A stretch of 63,793 nucleotides of DNA, the filler included, from Folioceros fuciformis (Eukaryota): assembly GCA_049999805.1 (NCBI GenBank). It is 4 parts of 4 records of this genome, joined end to end, with 100 filler letters (N's around TTAATTAATTAA, not from the genome) between each part and the next. Parts side by side here need not be neighbours in the genome. Positions count along the whole stretch, not along the records: positions 28,846 to 54,844 come from JBNGIO010006209.1; 3 more parts are not named here. One strand, written 5' to 3'. The notes below the pieces were generated by a model. It saw only the letters and a list, made by a program, of their open reading frames with translations. It was not told the DNA's origin and did no database searches. The position numbers and the translations under genes are program-made. Of the stretch, positions 37,055 to 51,062 are shown piece after piece. Numbering within the stretch: the stretch's first letter is position 1; each line of letters begins with the position of its first letter.

Positions 37055-37438
37055 CTATTTCGCAGAACTTCTTGCACAATTGCTCGCGATTGGGCACCCC
37101 CTGTTATAGGGCTTCGGAGGCCCACGGTCGCCGCAATTACCATAAGCGTTTCCATGCACGGTACAGATCACAGCGTTCGGGTCGAGGGCCGTGTAGGCCA
37201 CAAACGAATTCTGAGATCCCAGCATCCGCCGTGCACTCTCGGACTCCATCAAATCTTCGTCTACGTCGAAGAAGCTTGAGTCCAACAAGTTGTTGCCTGC
37301 GTAAGCCAGCGTGGACAGCCACCCAGCCGCATCACTCTCCAAGGAGAAAGCCGAAGCCTTTTGCACCCCGAAGCTCAGTGCGAGCCCGCACATCGTCAGC
37401 AACATAAAGACGAGCCCCACATGTCTTGTAGAAGCCAT
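37055..37438 (-). CDS. RALF: RALF precursor paralogue 2, divergent mature peptide
   Basis: Signal peptide, acidic pro-region, MESESARRML (RRXL site), then FVAYTAL...C...YGNC...PYNRGC...CAR. Confidence 0.85.
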   Translation of the reverse strand: MASTRHVGLVFMLLTMCGLALSFGVQKASAFSLESDAAGWLSTLAYAGNNLLDSSFFDVDEDLMESESARRMLGSQNSFVAYTALDPNAVICTVHGNAYGNCGDRGPPKPYNRGCPIASNCARSSAK

Positions 37439-38378
37439 TCTCGATCCACAAACCCTCCAGACAGTCAATTCACGACACGAGAAGCCGGCCGCAGGAGGGT
37501 GCTGTCATCCGAAAGGAAGATGTGGGTTTTTGATCGGTTCTCCCTCAAAAGCTTTCTCATCACCTAGAAGATTTAGAGCAAAAAGTGAATAAAGTAAACT
37601 ATGGAAATTTGCCTCCACCGAATTCAGGACCTTAGGTATTATCCCGACACCTACCGAATTCAATGCCCAGGCTAAGCCTTCCACCATTGTCACCATGATG
37701 CTTTGGGTTGGCCCTGTTCCTGCCGCTTACGCTGACGATCCATTAAAAACCCAAGTAACGGTGCCCTAGAAAACAAAGCCCAAATGTCCTTCCTCATCGC
37801 CTTCAGGTCAGTTGTTCCTCCCTCAATCAGATCCTCTATAACTAGATTCTGAGCGGCGAAAATTCTGCACACCATAGGTTTGTCCAAGGGCTGCATGGCA
37901 GCCTATGGAGCCCGGTCTTGGAGGTGGAGTTGGAGATCGGTGAGCTTTCCCTTCTTCTGGCTACAAAAGCAATCTATTATGCCCCCTTCTCGAACTCCCT
38001 GCTCCGAGGAGTTCGTCCCGCTCCCATTGTGCCACTACTTGTGGCACGGCCGCTAGCTCCGCTTCTTCCCGAGTTCGCGATACTCCAACGATGTCCGGCC
38101 TGGCCACTAGCAAGTCGCTGGAAGATGGGCCGATAGGGTCCGACGCTATCAGCCCATCCTGCATGCATCAACCAGATGGCTGTTGCCTTCGAAGCTCTCC
38201 CCAACAGCACTGCCTCTATCGCTGCCTTCACCACTCGCATATTCTGCTGCAAGTCGAAGTAGGTGCCGCCCACTTAATTCCTCCTTCGAGCGATCGTAGA
38301 CCTCCGAAAGCATATGAACGACCTCGAGGTCGCATTGTTGTTCCATGGCAGCTTAGAGCGCATCCGCCTCTTGGTGAC

Positions 38379-38700
38379 AGGCACTACAGTCCTCGTGAAG
38401 TACAAACCCCGCTTGCGGGTTAGAGTCATGACAAAACAGAGGAAGCAGGTCCTGGTAAAAACAGGATGGAGTCCGAGAGTGCTGAGCGAGTTCCAGCTGG
38501 ATCGTATGGACCACAATACCCGACGCGCAACGACACTTAGTCCCTATGGCGGACTTGACAACGGTGAAAAGACGATGATGTGGGGAGGGAATACAGTCAG
38601 TCTGACAGAGGCACTCCGCCCAAGCAAATCCCAGCAGCTACACGATGGGACCCTTTCGAAGAGATACTGAACTGAATGATCTCTATCCTTTGAGAGGATG
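38379..38700 (+). pseudogene. LIG4: Duplicated, frameshifted 3' fragment of the LIG4 last exon
   Basis: Similar to 35928-36254 (aggcactRcagtcctcgtgaagtacaaacc ... gaccctttcgaag ... atgatctctatcctt) with indels. Confidence 0.8.
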
Positions 38701-39523
38701 ACCATCGTTAAAACGGAGGAAACCATGGTACTCCAAGTTCTCTTCTTGAATGCCTGGAGTGTAGTGGATGTCCACGAAAGCTTCTGCAAGCGAGTTCACT
38801 TCATGTGACGCACCACAGTTCAGGTCAAGCACCTGACACACGCCAGAATATGTATGACGAACGGGATTGCAACATGCACTGCAAGCCTAGGGAACGCTGG
38901 TCTTGAATGATAATCCCACCCATCTGGGCTATGTTCAGAGGCTTGGTCTGAAATCGCTCAAATGCCAAGGGAATTTTGCGACAAAAACATATTTCTTAAT
39001 CCAATAAAATGGTGACCAGAAATTGTGAATGGAGCCCTGCCAAACATTGGGGTTATCACACAATCCTCTCTTGAGAGAACACACACCAGCTTGACAGTCT
39101 GGGCCATTAAGGGTTGCACCAATGCATACAATTTAAAGGACAGGACATGCCGGCCGTGCAAGAAACAAGCTCGTTCAGTCCTCCCTTTTTACGTAGGCTG
39201 TCACCAATCTAGACAGTACAACAAGAACAGATAACTCACACATAAAATGCAAGCAGCAACAGTCAAGGCTTGCCACGCCATTGCCCTGCCAAACAGGACT
39301 GCGGGTAAGTTCTTTCTAAGGCAAATCGCGAAACCACTCCCAGAACAGGACTTCTGAACTCATGTCCCTGGAGGAAAGTATGAATAAATACGCTCCACTA
39401 CGAAGAAAATCACCAAACCAGCACCACTAGAATCACAACGAGACCAAGAGATCTGGAGACTCGCAAGATCTGGCACGTCGTTCCGCGAGTGTCCTCTGAA
39501 TGAGGAAGGGGAGCCTGCAGTGC

Positions 39524-39904
39524 CTATTTCGAAAAACTTCTTCCACACCTGCCCAAGGCTGAGCACCCCCTGTTATAGGGCCTCACCGGCCCCCGGGCGG
39601 AGGGGCAAGAAGGAGTATAATAAGAGCGTCCACTCCTGACAGCGCAGACCACACGGTCCCCTGAGAGGGCGCCGTAGCTCACAAACGAGCCCGAAGCTGC
39701 CAGCATCCGCCGTGCACTCTCGGACTCCATCAAATCCTCGTCCAAGTTGAAGAAGCCTGAGTCGAACAAGTTGTCGTCTGCGGAAGAGGGCGTGGACAAC
39801 CACCCACCCGCATCACCTTCGAAGGAGAAAGCCGAAGCCTTCTGCACCCCGAAACTCATCGCCAGCAGCATAAACACCAGCCCCACACCCCTTGCAGAAG
39901 CCAT
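39524..39904 (-). CDS. RALF: RALF precursor paralogue 3
   Basis: Signal peptide, MESESARRMLA, FVSYGAL (YISY-like), C...GRSYY...C and PYNRGCSALGRCGR. Confidence 0.9.
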   Translation of the reverse strand: MASARGVGLVFMLLAMSFGVQKASAFSFEGDAGGWLSTPSSADDNLFDSGFFNLDEDLMESESARRMLAASGSFVSYGALSGDRVVCAVRSGRSYYTPSCPSARGPVRPYNRGCSALGRCGRSFSK

Positions 39905-40564
39905 TCTCTATCCAGAAACGACTACACCACGACACACGAAGTCGGCCGCAGGAGGTTGGGTGCTGTGATCTGCGAGCGAGGCAAGGGTCGTTCACGTCTT
40001 TTCCCTCGAGACCTTTCCAATGCCCTCTGAAGCAAATCTGCGAGATTTAGAGCCAAAATTGTATGAAATAAACTAGAAAAACATATCTCCACCGACGTCA
40101 AGGCAGTGACGATATTTCGGCCCTACCGGATCCGAACCGGACAGGCCAAGAGGAAACTTCTAGGAAAAGAGCCGGGGACGACTCTTGTGTTTGGGAGACA
40201 AACAACGTCTTAAAAACATCCTCCGTTAGGGAGGGAGACCCGTGATGAGAGACAAAGCCATGAGCTAGCTACATGGAACAACGTGACCACCCTCTTTCGC
40301 CGTTCCACGATTCTACAAGTTTATATAATTTATTATAATTATATAACACAACTTGTACCTGGGTAGGTTGTCCTAAGAACATTGAATTTGGATGCACAGT
40401 GAAAATTCATAAACAAGTCAATCATTCTCTTCTTTTTGTTGAGCTTGGTGGATCAAGGATTTCAATCCAACCCGGCACTCCTTTTAGGATCTACGGTACC
40501 ACGCGATCTTGCTCAAGCAAATATAGAAATCCTATACAAACAGTTATCGATGCAAGAAAGTGTG

Positions 40565-41056
40565 CTCGATCCATGTATTATGGATTCTCCCTGTCATTGT
40601 CCCGATCCATGTACTATGGATTCTCCTTGTGATTGTCTCTGGTACTTCTACCTCAAGTTGTTCATGTTCCCAGTCATTGTCTCTTCTACCTCAAGTTGTT
40701 CACGTTCCCCGTCATTGGCTCTCTCGTTCTTCTTCTTCAAGTTCTCTATGTACTATGGATTCTCCCGGTCATTGTCTCTGGTACTTCTGCCTCAAGTTGT
40801 TCATGCTCCCAGTCATTATCTCTTCTACCTCAAGTTGTTCACGTTCCCAGTCATTGTCTCTCTCGTTGTTCTTCTTCAAGTTCTCCAGGCTCTCTCTCAG
40901 TCATTATCTCTTGTACTTTTTCTTCAAGTTCTTGGTTCTTCAAGTTCTTGGTTCTTCAAGTTCTCCACACTCTCTCAGTCATTATCTCTTGTACATTTTT
41001 TTCAAGTTCTTGGTGCTTCCAATCATTGTCTCTCGTACTTCTTCTTCAAGTTCTCC
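40565..41056. repeat. Degenerate CT-rich minisatellite array
   Basis: cagtcattRtctct, ctcaagttgttca and ttcttcaagttct motifs recur many times; ~39-bp unit. Confidence 0.8.
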
Positions 41057-41697
41057 CGCTTGCTGCTTGCACTTCATTCATGTGACCAATAGAGTTGCTT
41101 TATTCATCCTTACACTTAGTGATAGTGTCTATTGGATAGGATCGAAGCCATGTTGTGTGGTGTGAATAGAGCCCGCGCTCAAAGATATTGTTTCTTAGTG
41201 CATGAAACTCTGGGATGAAACATTCTTCAATAATACATGTAGCTTAGTTTTGGGCTTTGAAATTACTCATACATGTGTGTACTAAACTTTATCTAGCTAT
41301 TGGAGTGTCTAAGCAAAATGGAACACATGTTTATTGGAATTATTTGCAAGAGAGGAGGCACCATGAAAAATGGATGCGGGTGCTTCGAAGGGCATACATT
41401 TCTATATCAGTTGTTTTTCGTTGTCGGGAAGGCTATTGACTGGCATGAATTCCCACTCCGCACAGGGAAGAAGGGAAAAAGAAGTGCCGGAGCCCGTTCG
41501 GTTGGGCCATGCGCCATGCCTTTCGTTTCCCTTGGCGTGGGCAGCGCTGTTTCGGAGACCCTATTTCGTTTCCCGTTGGGATTTGTGAACCACTGGAGCG
41601 AAGCATTTTACGTCTGTAGGCCGGACTGCTCGGGTGGTTTCCTCAGGATTCAGCGTCTTAGTGTGGAATCGGGGTCGTCGGGCGACAGCGGGTGAGG

Positions 41698-43464
41698 ATG
41701 GCCACGGCCACAGCGGCTGCGATACATGGGGCCGTCTGCAACTGGGCTGCATCGGCTGGGGCTACCGCAATTTGTGTGTGCAGCAGCAGCGGCAATTCGA
41801 GCTTCACCTCGCTCAGCTTCGACCACGCACCAGCTGCAGCAGCAACATCAACCGCTGCAGCAGCAGCTTCATCAACCGCTGCAGCAGCAGCTTCTGCCCC
41901 AGCTCAGTGGCGCTGCAGCACCAGCTGGGCAGCCTGCGCCGGCCCGCTTTTCTGGCCTGCTGCCGGGTTCCGATTCAAGGTACTGTCCTGCTGCGTGCTC
42001 GCTTCTGTCGGGTTTGTTTGTTAGTATCCGTAGGCATGCAATCGCCTTGTCCGTATGAATTCGAAGGAATACCGTCAGCCGGCCGTGGGTTCTGTAGCAG
42101 GGCCGAGGTCAGGGCACTTGCGCAGACCGTGCATTCGAGCTGTGGCAGTGGCAGTGGCAGTGGTGTTCGGGAAGTCAAATGCTTTGCCGCTGCTGCTGTG
42201 GTCACTAGCTACAGTCCTGGCAACAGCTGCCCTGCTTCCTGTGTGATGCTGTTTGGTGTGGTCTGGTGTGTCGGGTTTTGCTGCATGTTGTGAAAGCGAG
42301 TTGATGTTGGAGGTGTCGAGATTTGGGGACTTGATGGAACTGGTGTGGGAGCTGCACTAGAGTTCATCTGATAAATTACCACCAGGTGCTTCGTTGATTG
42401 GACTTGTCTAGTGGAGGTTGAAACGAACGTCTGAAGGGCAACGTCAGCTTGATTCTCTAGATGACAAAAGAGGATCTCAAGATCGATGGAGTGTGCACGC
42501 CTATGGCGATATCCCAAACCAAGCTGAATCTGTGACTGCGTCTTCGGCAACCCTCACTCAGCCAGAGTACAGGGCTACACCAGATATTGAGTATTTGCAG
42601 GTATGTGTTGCCTTTTTACTGAAGCATCCGTGGCCGCTTGCTCATCTGTTTATCGTCAGATGCTCAAGCGTGGCGTCATATTGGGTTCCAGGAGCTCCTT
42701 GCCATGCAACAATCTGGGCCGAGATCTATCGGCTTCTTTGGCACCAGGAACATGGGGTTCATGCATCAGCAACTTATCGAGATTCTCAGTTATGCAATGG
42801 TTATTACGGTCAGTTTTTCGCAATCAGACAAGCGTGTGGTTCCAAAGCGTTGTCAGTACGAGTGTCTGGAATGCTGACTTTACCAGAGTCAAGACATTTA
42901 TCGTTGTTCGTATATTTCCAGAAAAACCACATCTACACTTCTGGGGCATCAGGAACAAATGCTGCCGTTATCAGGGGAGCTCTGCGGGGTGAACGGCCAG
43001 ATTTGTTGACTGTGATCTTACCTCAAAGTCTGAAGAAGCAACCGCCTGAAAGTCAGGAGCTCCTATCGAAGGTCAGTTGATGTGGTTCATGTGGCCCTTG
43101 ATCGGATGTATCGAGCAACGGTTGGCGTGATGCTAATGCGGTACACAATTTCAGTAGAAATTAAAGCGTTGCTTTGTGCTGTCGCAGGTTCAGAATGTTG
43201 TAGAGATGCCTCAGAATGACTTGCTGCCGTTGTACGAAGCTAGCAGGTTAAGTGGTGGTTTAGTTAGTGTTGGAAGCTTGAGTTCTACCGGCTTGTAGCT
43301 GAAGTAATGCTGTGGCCTTTGTGAGCAGGCTGTGCAACATGGACATCTTATCGCATGTGCAGCAAGTGATTTGTTTCGCCTTTCACGACAGCAATTTGCT
43401 CATGGAAACTTGCAGAGAAGCCAAAAACCTTCGCAAGATCGTCACATTGTTTTACTTGGACTGA
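41698..43464 (+). CDS. Conserved, probably plastid-targeted protein related to the cyanobacterial DprA/Smf-like (DNA recombination-mediator A) family
   Basis: Exons give ELLAMQQSGPRSIGFFGTRNMGFMHQQLIEILSYAM, HIYTSGASGTNAAVIRGALR and QVICFAFHDSNLLMETC...VTLFYLD*. Ala/Ser-rich transit-peptide-like N-terminus. 5' exon structure uncertain. Confidence 0.8.
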
Positions 43465-43644
43465 TGGAGAACTAACTGCCATTTTGCACTAGCCTAGGGC
43501 TTCAACGTCAGTTAAGTGTCTTAAGTAAGAGGTATGGGATACGTGTTTAGGAACTACGTTACCGTGTGACTTCGCTGAGAAAAAAATCATTTTATCGATT
43601 CTTTAGAAAAAACCCAGCGGTTCAGGGGCCTCAGCTCTGCACGC

Positions 43645-46233
43645 TTAAGCACTGTGCTCCTTCGATTTACTCACTTGTCGACCAACGTACCAACTGGAAT
43701 ACACTTGCAACCCAATACCCACTACGACTTTCACTAATAGCAACAAGATGTACGTCCCTACACACATCGAGAAGAAGATACTTGATCGAGCTACGACATT
43801 GCCTTGGGGTACCAACCAGCAAAACAAAGGAATCAACGCCCGGATCAGCTGCACGCCATGGCATTGGTTGTCAGTTCTGATCCACTCCACATCAAAAAGC
43901 AAAATACCACTAGCAATCACGGGCTAAACTTACAACACAGGCGGGTGCCAGAGGAATAAACGCAAGCGTCTTGTGAACTTCATGGGACTGACTGCGAAGA
44001 GTCTGGGAACGTGTCACAAGAACAAAAAATTCAAAAACTCACTTCATACCATCCTACGACCTGGAGCGAAATCTACACCACTGACGTGCAGGCAATCACA
44101 GTGAACAAAAAGGCAGGGGTCAACAGCAGACCTGCTTGCAAAGGGAGAGGAGAAAGTCAGAATAAGCCCCTGGCTTGATTTCATTGAACTTTGCAAGGAA
44201 TGAATGCTTGATCACGTCCACCAGAATCTCGCACACAATAATCGTGGACGCATTCTGGAGACCACACAGGTATTGCCAAAATGCGAATGATGGGACCCAG
44301 CTTTTCAATACCAAGAGGAACTCCATGGATACATCATAACGCCGCTTTGGAATGCCTATTACAACATCACAGACAATACTTCCATCTTTGCGGCAGCATG
44401 GTAAGAGCTCAAGATGAGGGGAAGACATCTTACCACAAAAAACCTTGATATCCATGGGCCCTCAGCATTCATGACGTTTTGGGCCAATACAAACAGGAGA
44501 TGAATCATAATATGAAATCTCTCCACAATATCTGAACGGAAAGCACAAGTGCTGGTTTAACAAAGTAGTACATGAACACATGTATTGATATCAACTTGGC
44601 TTGTGGCACGTACCAAGGAACGCCATTTTGTGAAGGTTTTCCTTATCCACTCGCTTGAAGACATTGCTCTTAATCTCCGCAAAGTTGTTTGATATGAGCA
44701 AGGTCAGCAGAGCATTGTTCTGGGCCGTAATAGCTGCAGACACTGTTACAGCCTGTGACATGATAATGAACGAATGCAAACGTTGGGAAAGTCAAGGAGA
44801 ACGAGAATCTTTCAGAATAGAGCACACCAAGCAGCCAGCCCGCGAAGCAACCGGAAAAGAATGACGAGGATATAGAAACAGCCGGTTCCTGTGCACATAT
44901 CCAATATAAAGTGAGCAGTTTCCTTGACAAGCGTCTCATTCGAGCAGTCTGCCACCCCAGCTGCAGAATTCAGAATCACTTGCAAAAAGTCTGCCGCGAG
45001 AGACTGGCAAAGCTTGTCCAAAATCTGCAAAGAGCCAAAAATGACATCAAGAGTTGCATAATTGCAGCCCTGAAGCGAATGTAGGTAGCTTTGAGGCATC
45101 AAATAGACAAGCAGGAGTAGCATGTGGACCTCAAGAACGTTAAAAATGACATAGAGCTTGATACTAGAAGCCCCGCGAATCAGATGATATATGATGCTAA
45201 TGTCTGCAAGCCACCAAAGAGCCATATTAGCGTAAATGCCGACGGAAAGCAGCCATGGCATGAAAACGCGTCAACCATACCGCCTTACCGATCAATTGGA
45301 GAACTCCAACTCCGCACAAAATAGCAATCAAGCAAGTCAAGTCCGACAGCTCATCTGCAGTCGGTCTCTGAAAGTGCCTGGCATAAGTTTGTCAGCTTTC
45401 TGCGAAGAGGAACAGTGTGCGGCAAGGAGTAAAAGCGGGACAAACTTACTTGGATCTCCGTAGAAGGCGGTGCATGAACAAGAGTATCCTTGCTGGGACA
45501 ACTGTGAAAAGAGACAGGAAGGAATCCAAGCAGACGAAGAAGCCAACGTGAAAGAGCTGCAGACAACAAAAGGTGAAGCTGTAGTGAACACGGAAGGTGT
45601 GCAAAAAAAGATGCAAACTAAGCTCCTAATCCAAATGCAATAGCGAGCCCCCCAGAAACTGAGCAGCTGCATCCACAATCGACGAGCCATCCCTACCAGC
45701 TCACACCTCCACGGCAAGTGAAACATGGTATTGTAAACCCGCTCTCTCCTCTGCGCAGATCCCGCCTGCGAGGAGCTTCGCAGAGCCCCCCCTCCCGTAA
45801 GCTCCCCGCGGAGATATTCCCACGGCCGCGCCACCGGCGCTCTACAACCTGCCACTGGAACCCCCGAATTGAAACTCCCGTCACAGATCCCTTCCCGTTC
45901 CCCTACCACAGCACAATTGTGGTGCAACGCACCGGCGCTACAGTCCTCGAACCCCGTCTCCCAATTGCGCATCTGTGGAGTGGAGGACTCTTGCGGCGAG
46001 CTGTCATTGTCGCGCTCCTCCTGCTCCGTGTGCTCCTGCGGACGATGCACACACAGACTCCCGATCACACTGGGCGGCTCCGGCAGTGGGTAGCGGAGGC
46101 AGCCGGCGCTGTCGGAGTCGCTACCAGTTATCGCCCGGTTTCGAGGCCCATCACTGGATCCCTCACAGCTTCCGGCGGCTCGGCGAGCCTCGTCCGCCTC
46201 GCCCCGGACTAGAGCCTCGACGCCAAGCCCCAT
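43645..46233 (-). CDS. POD1: POLLEN DEFECTIVE IN GUIDANCE 1 / TAPT1 (DUF747) membrane protein, multi-exon
   Basis: RERVYNTMFHLPWRCEL, GFFVCLDSFL, YHLIRG..IKLYVIFNVLE, NNALLTLLISNNFAEIKSNVFK, DIVERF and VDVIKHSFLAKFN. Start codon uncertain. Confidence 0.88.
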
Positions 46234-47136
46234 GGCGCTGCGGACTTTGGATTTTGGCAAAGGCGGGATCACCATGTTCTTACAAACGTGTGTCCAAATG
46301 GCGTAGGCCACATGGACACAAATTTATAGGCACTCTAGGAGGTCCCTAAAGCCGGACGCCTTCCTTCGGATCGGTGCTCAGATAGGCCCCTAAAGGGCAG
46401 GACACGCTCTGAACAGACTCACATCCCTCCTTAAATTGGTTGCTAACGAGAAGATGTAATTATGGTGAAAGCAATTATGTTAATTAGTACTTAGTGGACT
46501 AAAATAAAACTCTTCTTCTACTACCAAGTCCCGGACCTCATCTGCCCCGGGACTGGCTTTACGCACACAAGAAGCTCTTCCCGTTTCATACGCTCCGTTC
46601 CGTTCAGGCGAAACCCGACCCGGTTCTAACACCTGAGGAAGGTGGCCTCGAAGCTTCCTTCAATTTATCTACGGTAGATTCTCTATAAGAAGTCCGTTTT
46701 TGACGGGGCAGGTGCAGGCGAGCCTTCCGTTTCTTCCCTCCCTCCTGCCCGCATAAATATGCTGAGCTCAAGACAGGCCAGTGTGTGTCTGTCCTCCCCG
46801 GGGTGCAACCGAAGCGGTCTGTGGCGCCTCCAAGCGCGTTGCTCCACTCTCCAGATTCCGCACCCTCGTTCGCATCCGCATTTGCGCGGGCGCGCGGTAA
46901 CTCCTTCTCGTCCGCATTCGCATTCTTGCAGGCTTGTTCGCTGCTATCAGCAGGGTAGTAGCAAGGTGAGGAGAGGAGTTCTGGACCCACGCCGTTCATT
47001 CCGTGTTGTGGCGTTCTGGAAGCTTAGGTGAAAGGAATCGGTTCCACGAGACGCGAGCAGGATGTGTGAGTCGTTTTCTGATGGCATTTACTCTTGACGA
47101 ATGCAGTCAGAAGGAGGAGGAGGAGGTTCTGAAGGA

Positions 47137-48846
<1,710 letters not shown>

Positions 48847-49406
48847 ACAGCGGGGGTCATGTACATTACATGGATACCCTCGCTTTTGACGAAAGCATAT
48901 TCGGTATAACGTAGCTGTGCGCAAACAACTCTCGTCGATTGGCGCACACGAGATGGCTCCCACTTTCCTATTAAACTATCTAAGACTTCTGAATATAAAA
49001 AACTGGTACGGCTGAACCCCTGGTCCTACCTCCAGCCCGCCCGTTGGCTCATTCACAATTGACCTACAATACTATTGCATTTGCAGCACCAATATGGGTA
49101 CGATTGCTGCAGACCACGAGCCCGTCAGGAAATGAAACAATAAACTGACGATAGGGCCCAGCAGATGGCAAAGAAAATGCTAAACCCTTGCTCAACAAGA
49201 TTCACTATGCAACAGTGCCACTACTTAGAATAATTGCCATAGGACAGGCATGGGTTTGACACCGTTCAAATCAACACCGTCTCGTGGAAACCCTGGGATT
49301 GGCGTGTGAGCCGCAGCAACTTCTTTCCAATATCGTCGTGCAGTCTTCCATTCACCAGCCAAGCGGGAGCCTCCTCGAATCATACCAGCCTTAATGTTGA
49401 GAGATG

Positions 49407-50058
49407 TTAGAGCATCATCCTGTCTGAACAACCTGGAGAACAAACACTGAGAGTTAACCTGACGATCATTCACCCACGTCACGTTGTCGAGTATATGAAA
49501 ACTACCCGTTGCAAAGATCGTGCAAGGATATACATGTAAGCAGCAGATGTGACTTACGCGTCGGAAGAATAGGCTTCAGAACCGGCTGTATTCCTAGGGC
49601 GCCAACCATCTCTAAGATGGATTCATTCCCCGTAGCAAGAAACATCCGCAAGACAGGTTCGGTGAGCTTCCCTGCGTCCAAAGTTTTCTGCGAAACCACC
49701 GTCTGGTCAGCTCCTGGCAACCGATCTAGGCAGCAACGTGCCTACTTGCGATTGTCACTCAACTCTGACACACCCCACACTGCCCTGCACTGCACTGCAC
49801 TTCACTTCACTGAAGCATAGCATAGCATACAAAATCTTCCCTTCCGACACAATCCAGATGCGTCTGCCAGTCACAACACAACCACCGAGACCGCCTCACC
49901 AAGAAGAGAAGCAGAGGCACCGACCAGCATACCCGGAAGAGCTCGAACACAATCATGTCCGGCAGGTTGCGCAGGCTCGTAATGCGGTGTATGTTGGCGG
50001 CGGCCGCAGCCTTAGTGAGCGTGAGCAGAGATGGCGGGGAACGGCCGGAGGTTGACAT
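49407..50058 (-). CDS. Small (~90 aa) conserved plant protein of unknown function, 3 exons
   Basis: MSTSGRSPPSLLTL...LPDMIVFELFR / KTLDAGKLTEPVLRMFLATG...PILPT / RCSDRMML* joined by GT-AG introns; resembles a recalled conserved plant family. Confidence 0.72.
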
Positions 50059-50645
50059 GCATCCCTTCCCGTCAACTATTCGTGTGGCATGACGGAATCG
50101 ACATAACTCCTCCTACAGGGACTGCAGCCGGCCTCGCACCTTTATTCCTCTTTTCTACCCATGCCACTTGAGCCTCAATGACGTCGTGCCCATGGGAGCA
50201 GCTGTAAGCTCGCACCCCGATCTCAGTGTCACACCCCGCATCCTACTGCACCACGCTCTGAATCCAAGCTCTTGCATAGGCTAACACACTCGCTGACAGT
50301 AAATGCTACCCCCCGTCAGAAACCCTCTGATGCTCTGACCTAAACCACACAAGAGCCCATGAGGAGTTCATGGCCAAGGAACTTAATCCTTCCTCTGCCT
50401 CGAAAATACTGTTTCTAACATTGATGTCTACCTATATATTATGTATGTCGCCTTCTAGGTTTTGGTATGTAGAGGTCCTGCCTCGGGTAAGGTAAACTTC
50501 TTGCCAGCCCCTGGCGTTGATGTATAATCACGGTGTCTCCACTGAGTGATTCTTTCGAAGTCTCCACAGAGGCCGCGCCCTTTCCCCTGCGTCGAAGGCT
50601 TAGCGTGGCGGGGAAGGGTTTAAGCTGGACTGAGAGCTAACTGGG

Positions 50646-51062
50646 ATGGCTTCGCTGGCTGCGGTCTGCCTGCCCTTGGCGTCTGCGGCTGGCTGCTCAT
50701 CTGCCTCCACCAGCGGTGAAGTGCTCAGCGGGGGAGGCTCATGTAGGCCATGTTTCGCGGCTTGGCGGGTGCATGGTGGATGTGCGACGGCTTTGCGGTG
50801 TCGCAGTCGTGGCGGTGCAAGGGCAATGGCTCCTGACGAGGAGAAGATGACCAGGCGCTCGCCGCTCGACTTTCCTATTGAGTGGGACAGGCCCGCGCCG
50901 GGGCGGCGGCCAGACATCTTTCCGCAATTCAGCCCTATGAAGACGCCGCTGCCTCAACCTCTACCGGCTGATCCCCCTGAGGAGGAAGAGGAGGAGGAGG
51001 AAAAGAAGGATCCGGAGGAAGATCCCGAGAAGGAGCCGGAAAAGCCTGATGTTCCTGCTTAA
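50646..51062 (+). CDS. Conserved, probably chloroplast-targeted protein with Pro-rich core and acidic tail
   Basis: Transit-peptide-like N-terminus, then MAPDEEKMTRRSPLDFPIEWDRPAPGRRPDIFPQFSPMKTPLP and a poly-Glu tail. Single exon. Confidence 0.75.
   Translation: MASLAAVCLPLASAAGCSSASTSGEVLSGGGSCRPCFAAWRVHGGCATALRCRSRGGARAMAPDEEKMTRRSPLDFPIEWDRPAPGRRPDIFPQFSPMKTPLPQPLPADPPEEEEEEEEKKDPEEDPEKEPEKPDVPA

Larger units (their letters stand above)
38379..40148. repeat. Segmental duplicate of ~35928-37670 (LIG4 3' end, intergenic region, RALF)
   Basis: Colinear similarity through the LIG4 3' region, RALF 3' region, RALF CDS and proximal upstream DNA. Confidence 0.9.

Noticed and set aside
40436..41165. 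Long S/L/F-rich ORFs in all three plus frames
   Set aside because: Artefact of a CT-rich minisatellite.
49178..49190. CTAAACCCT as a possible telomerase-RNA template
   Set aside because: No USE/TATA Pol III promoter seen; lies between the 3' ends of two convergent genes.
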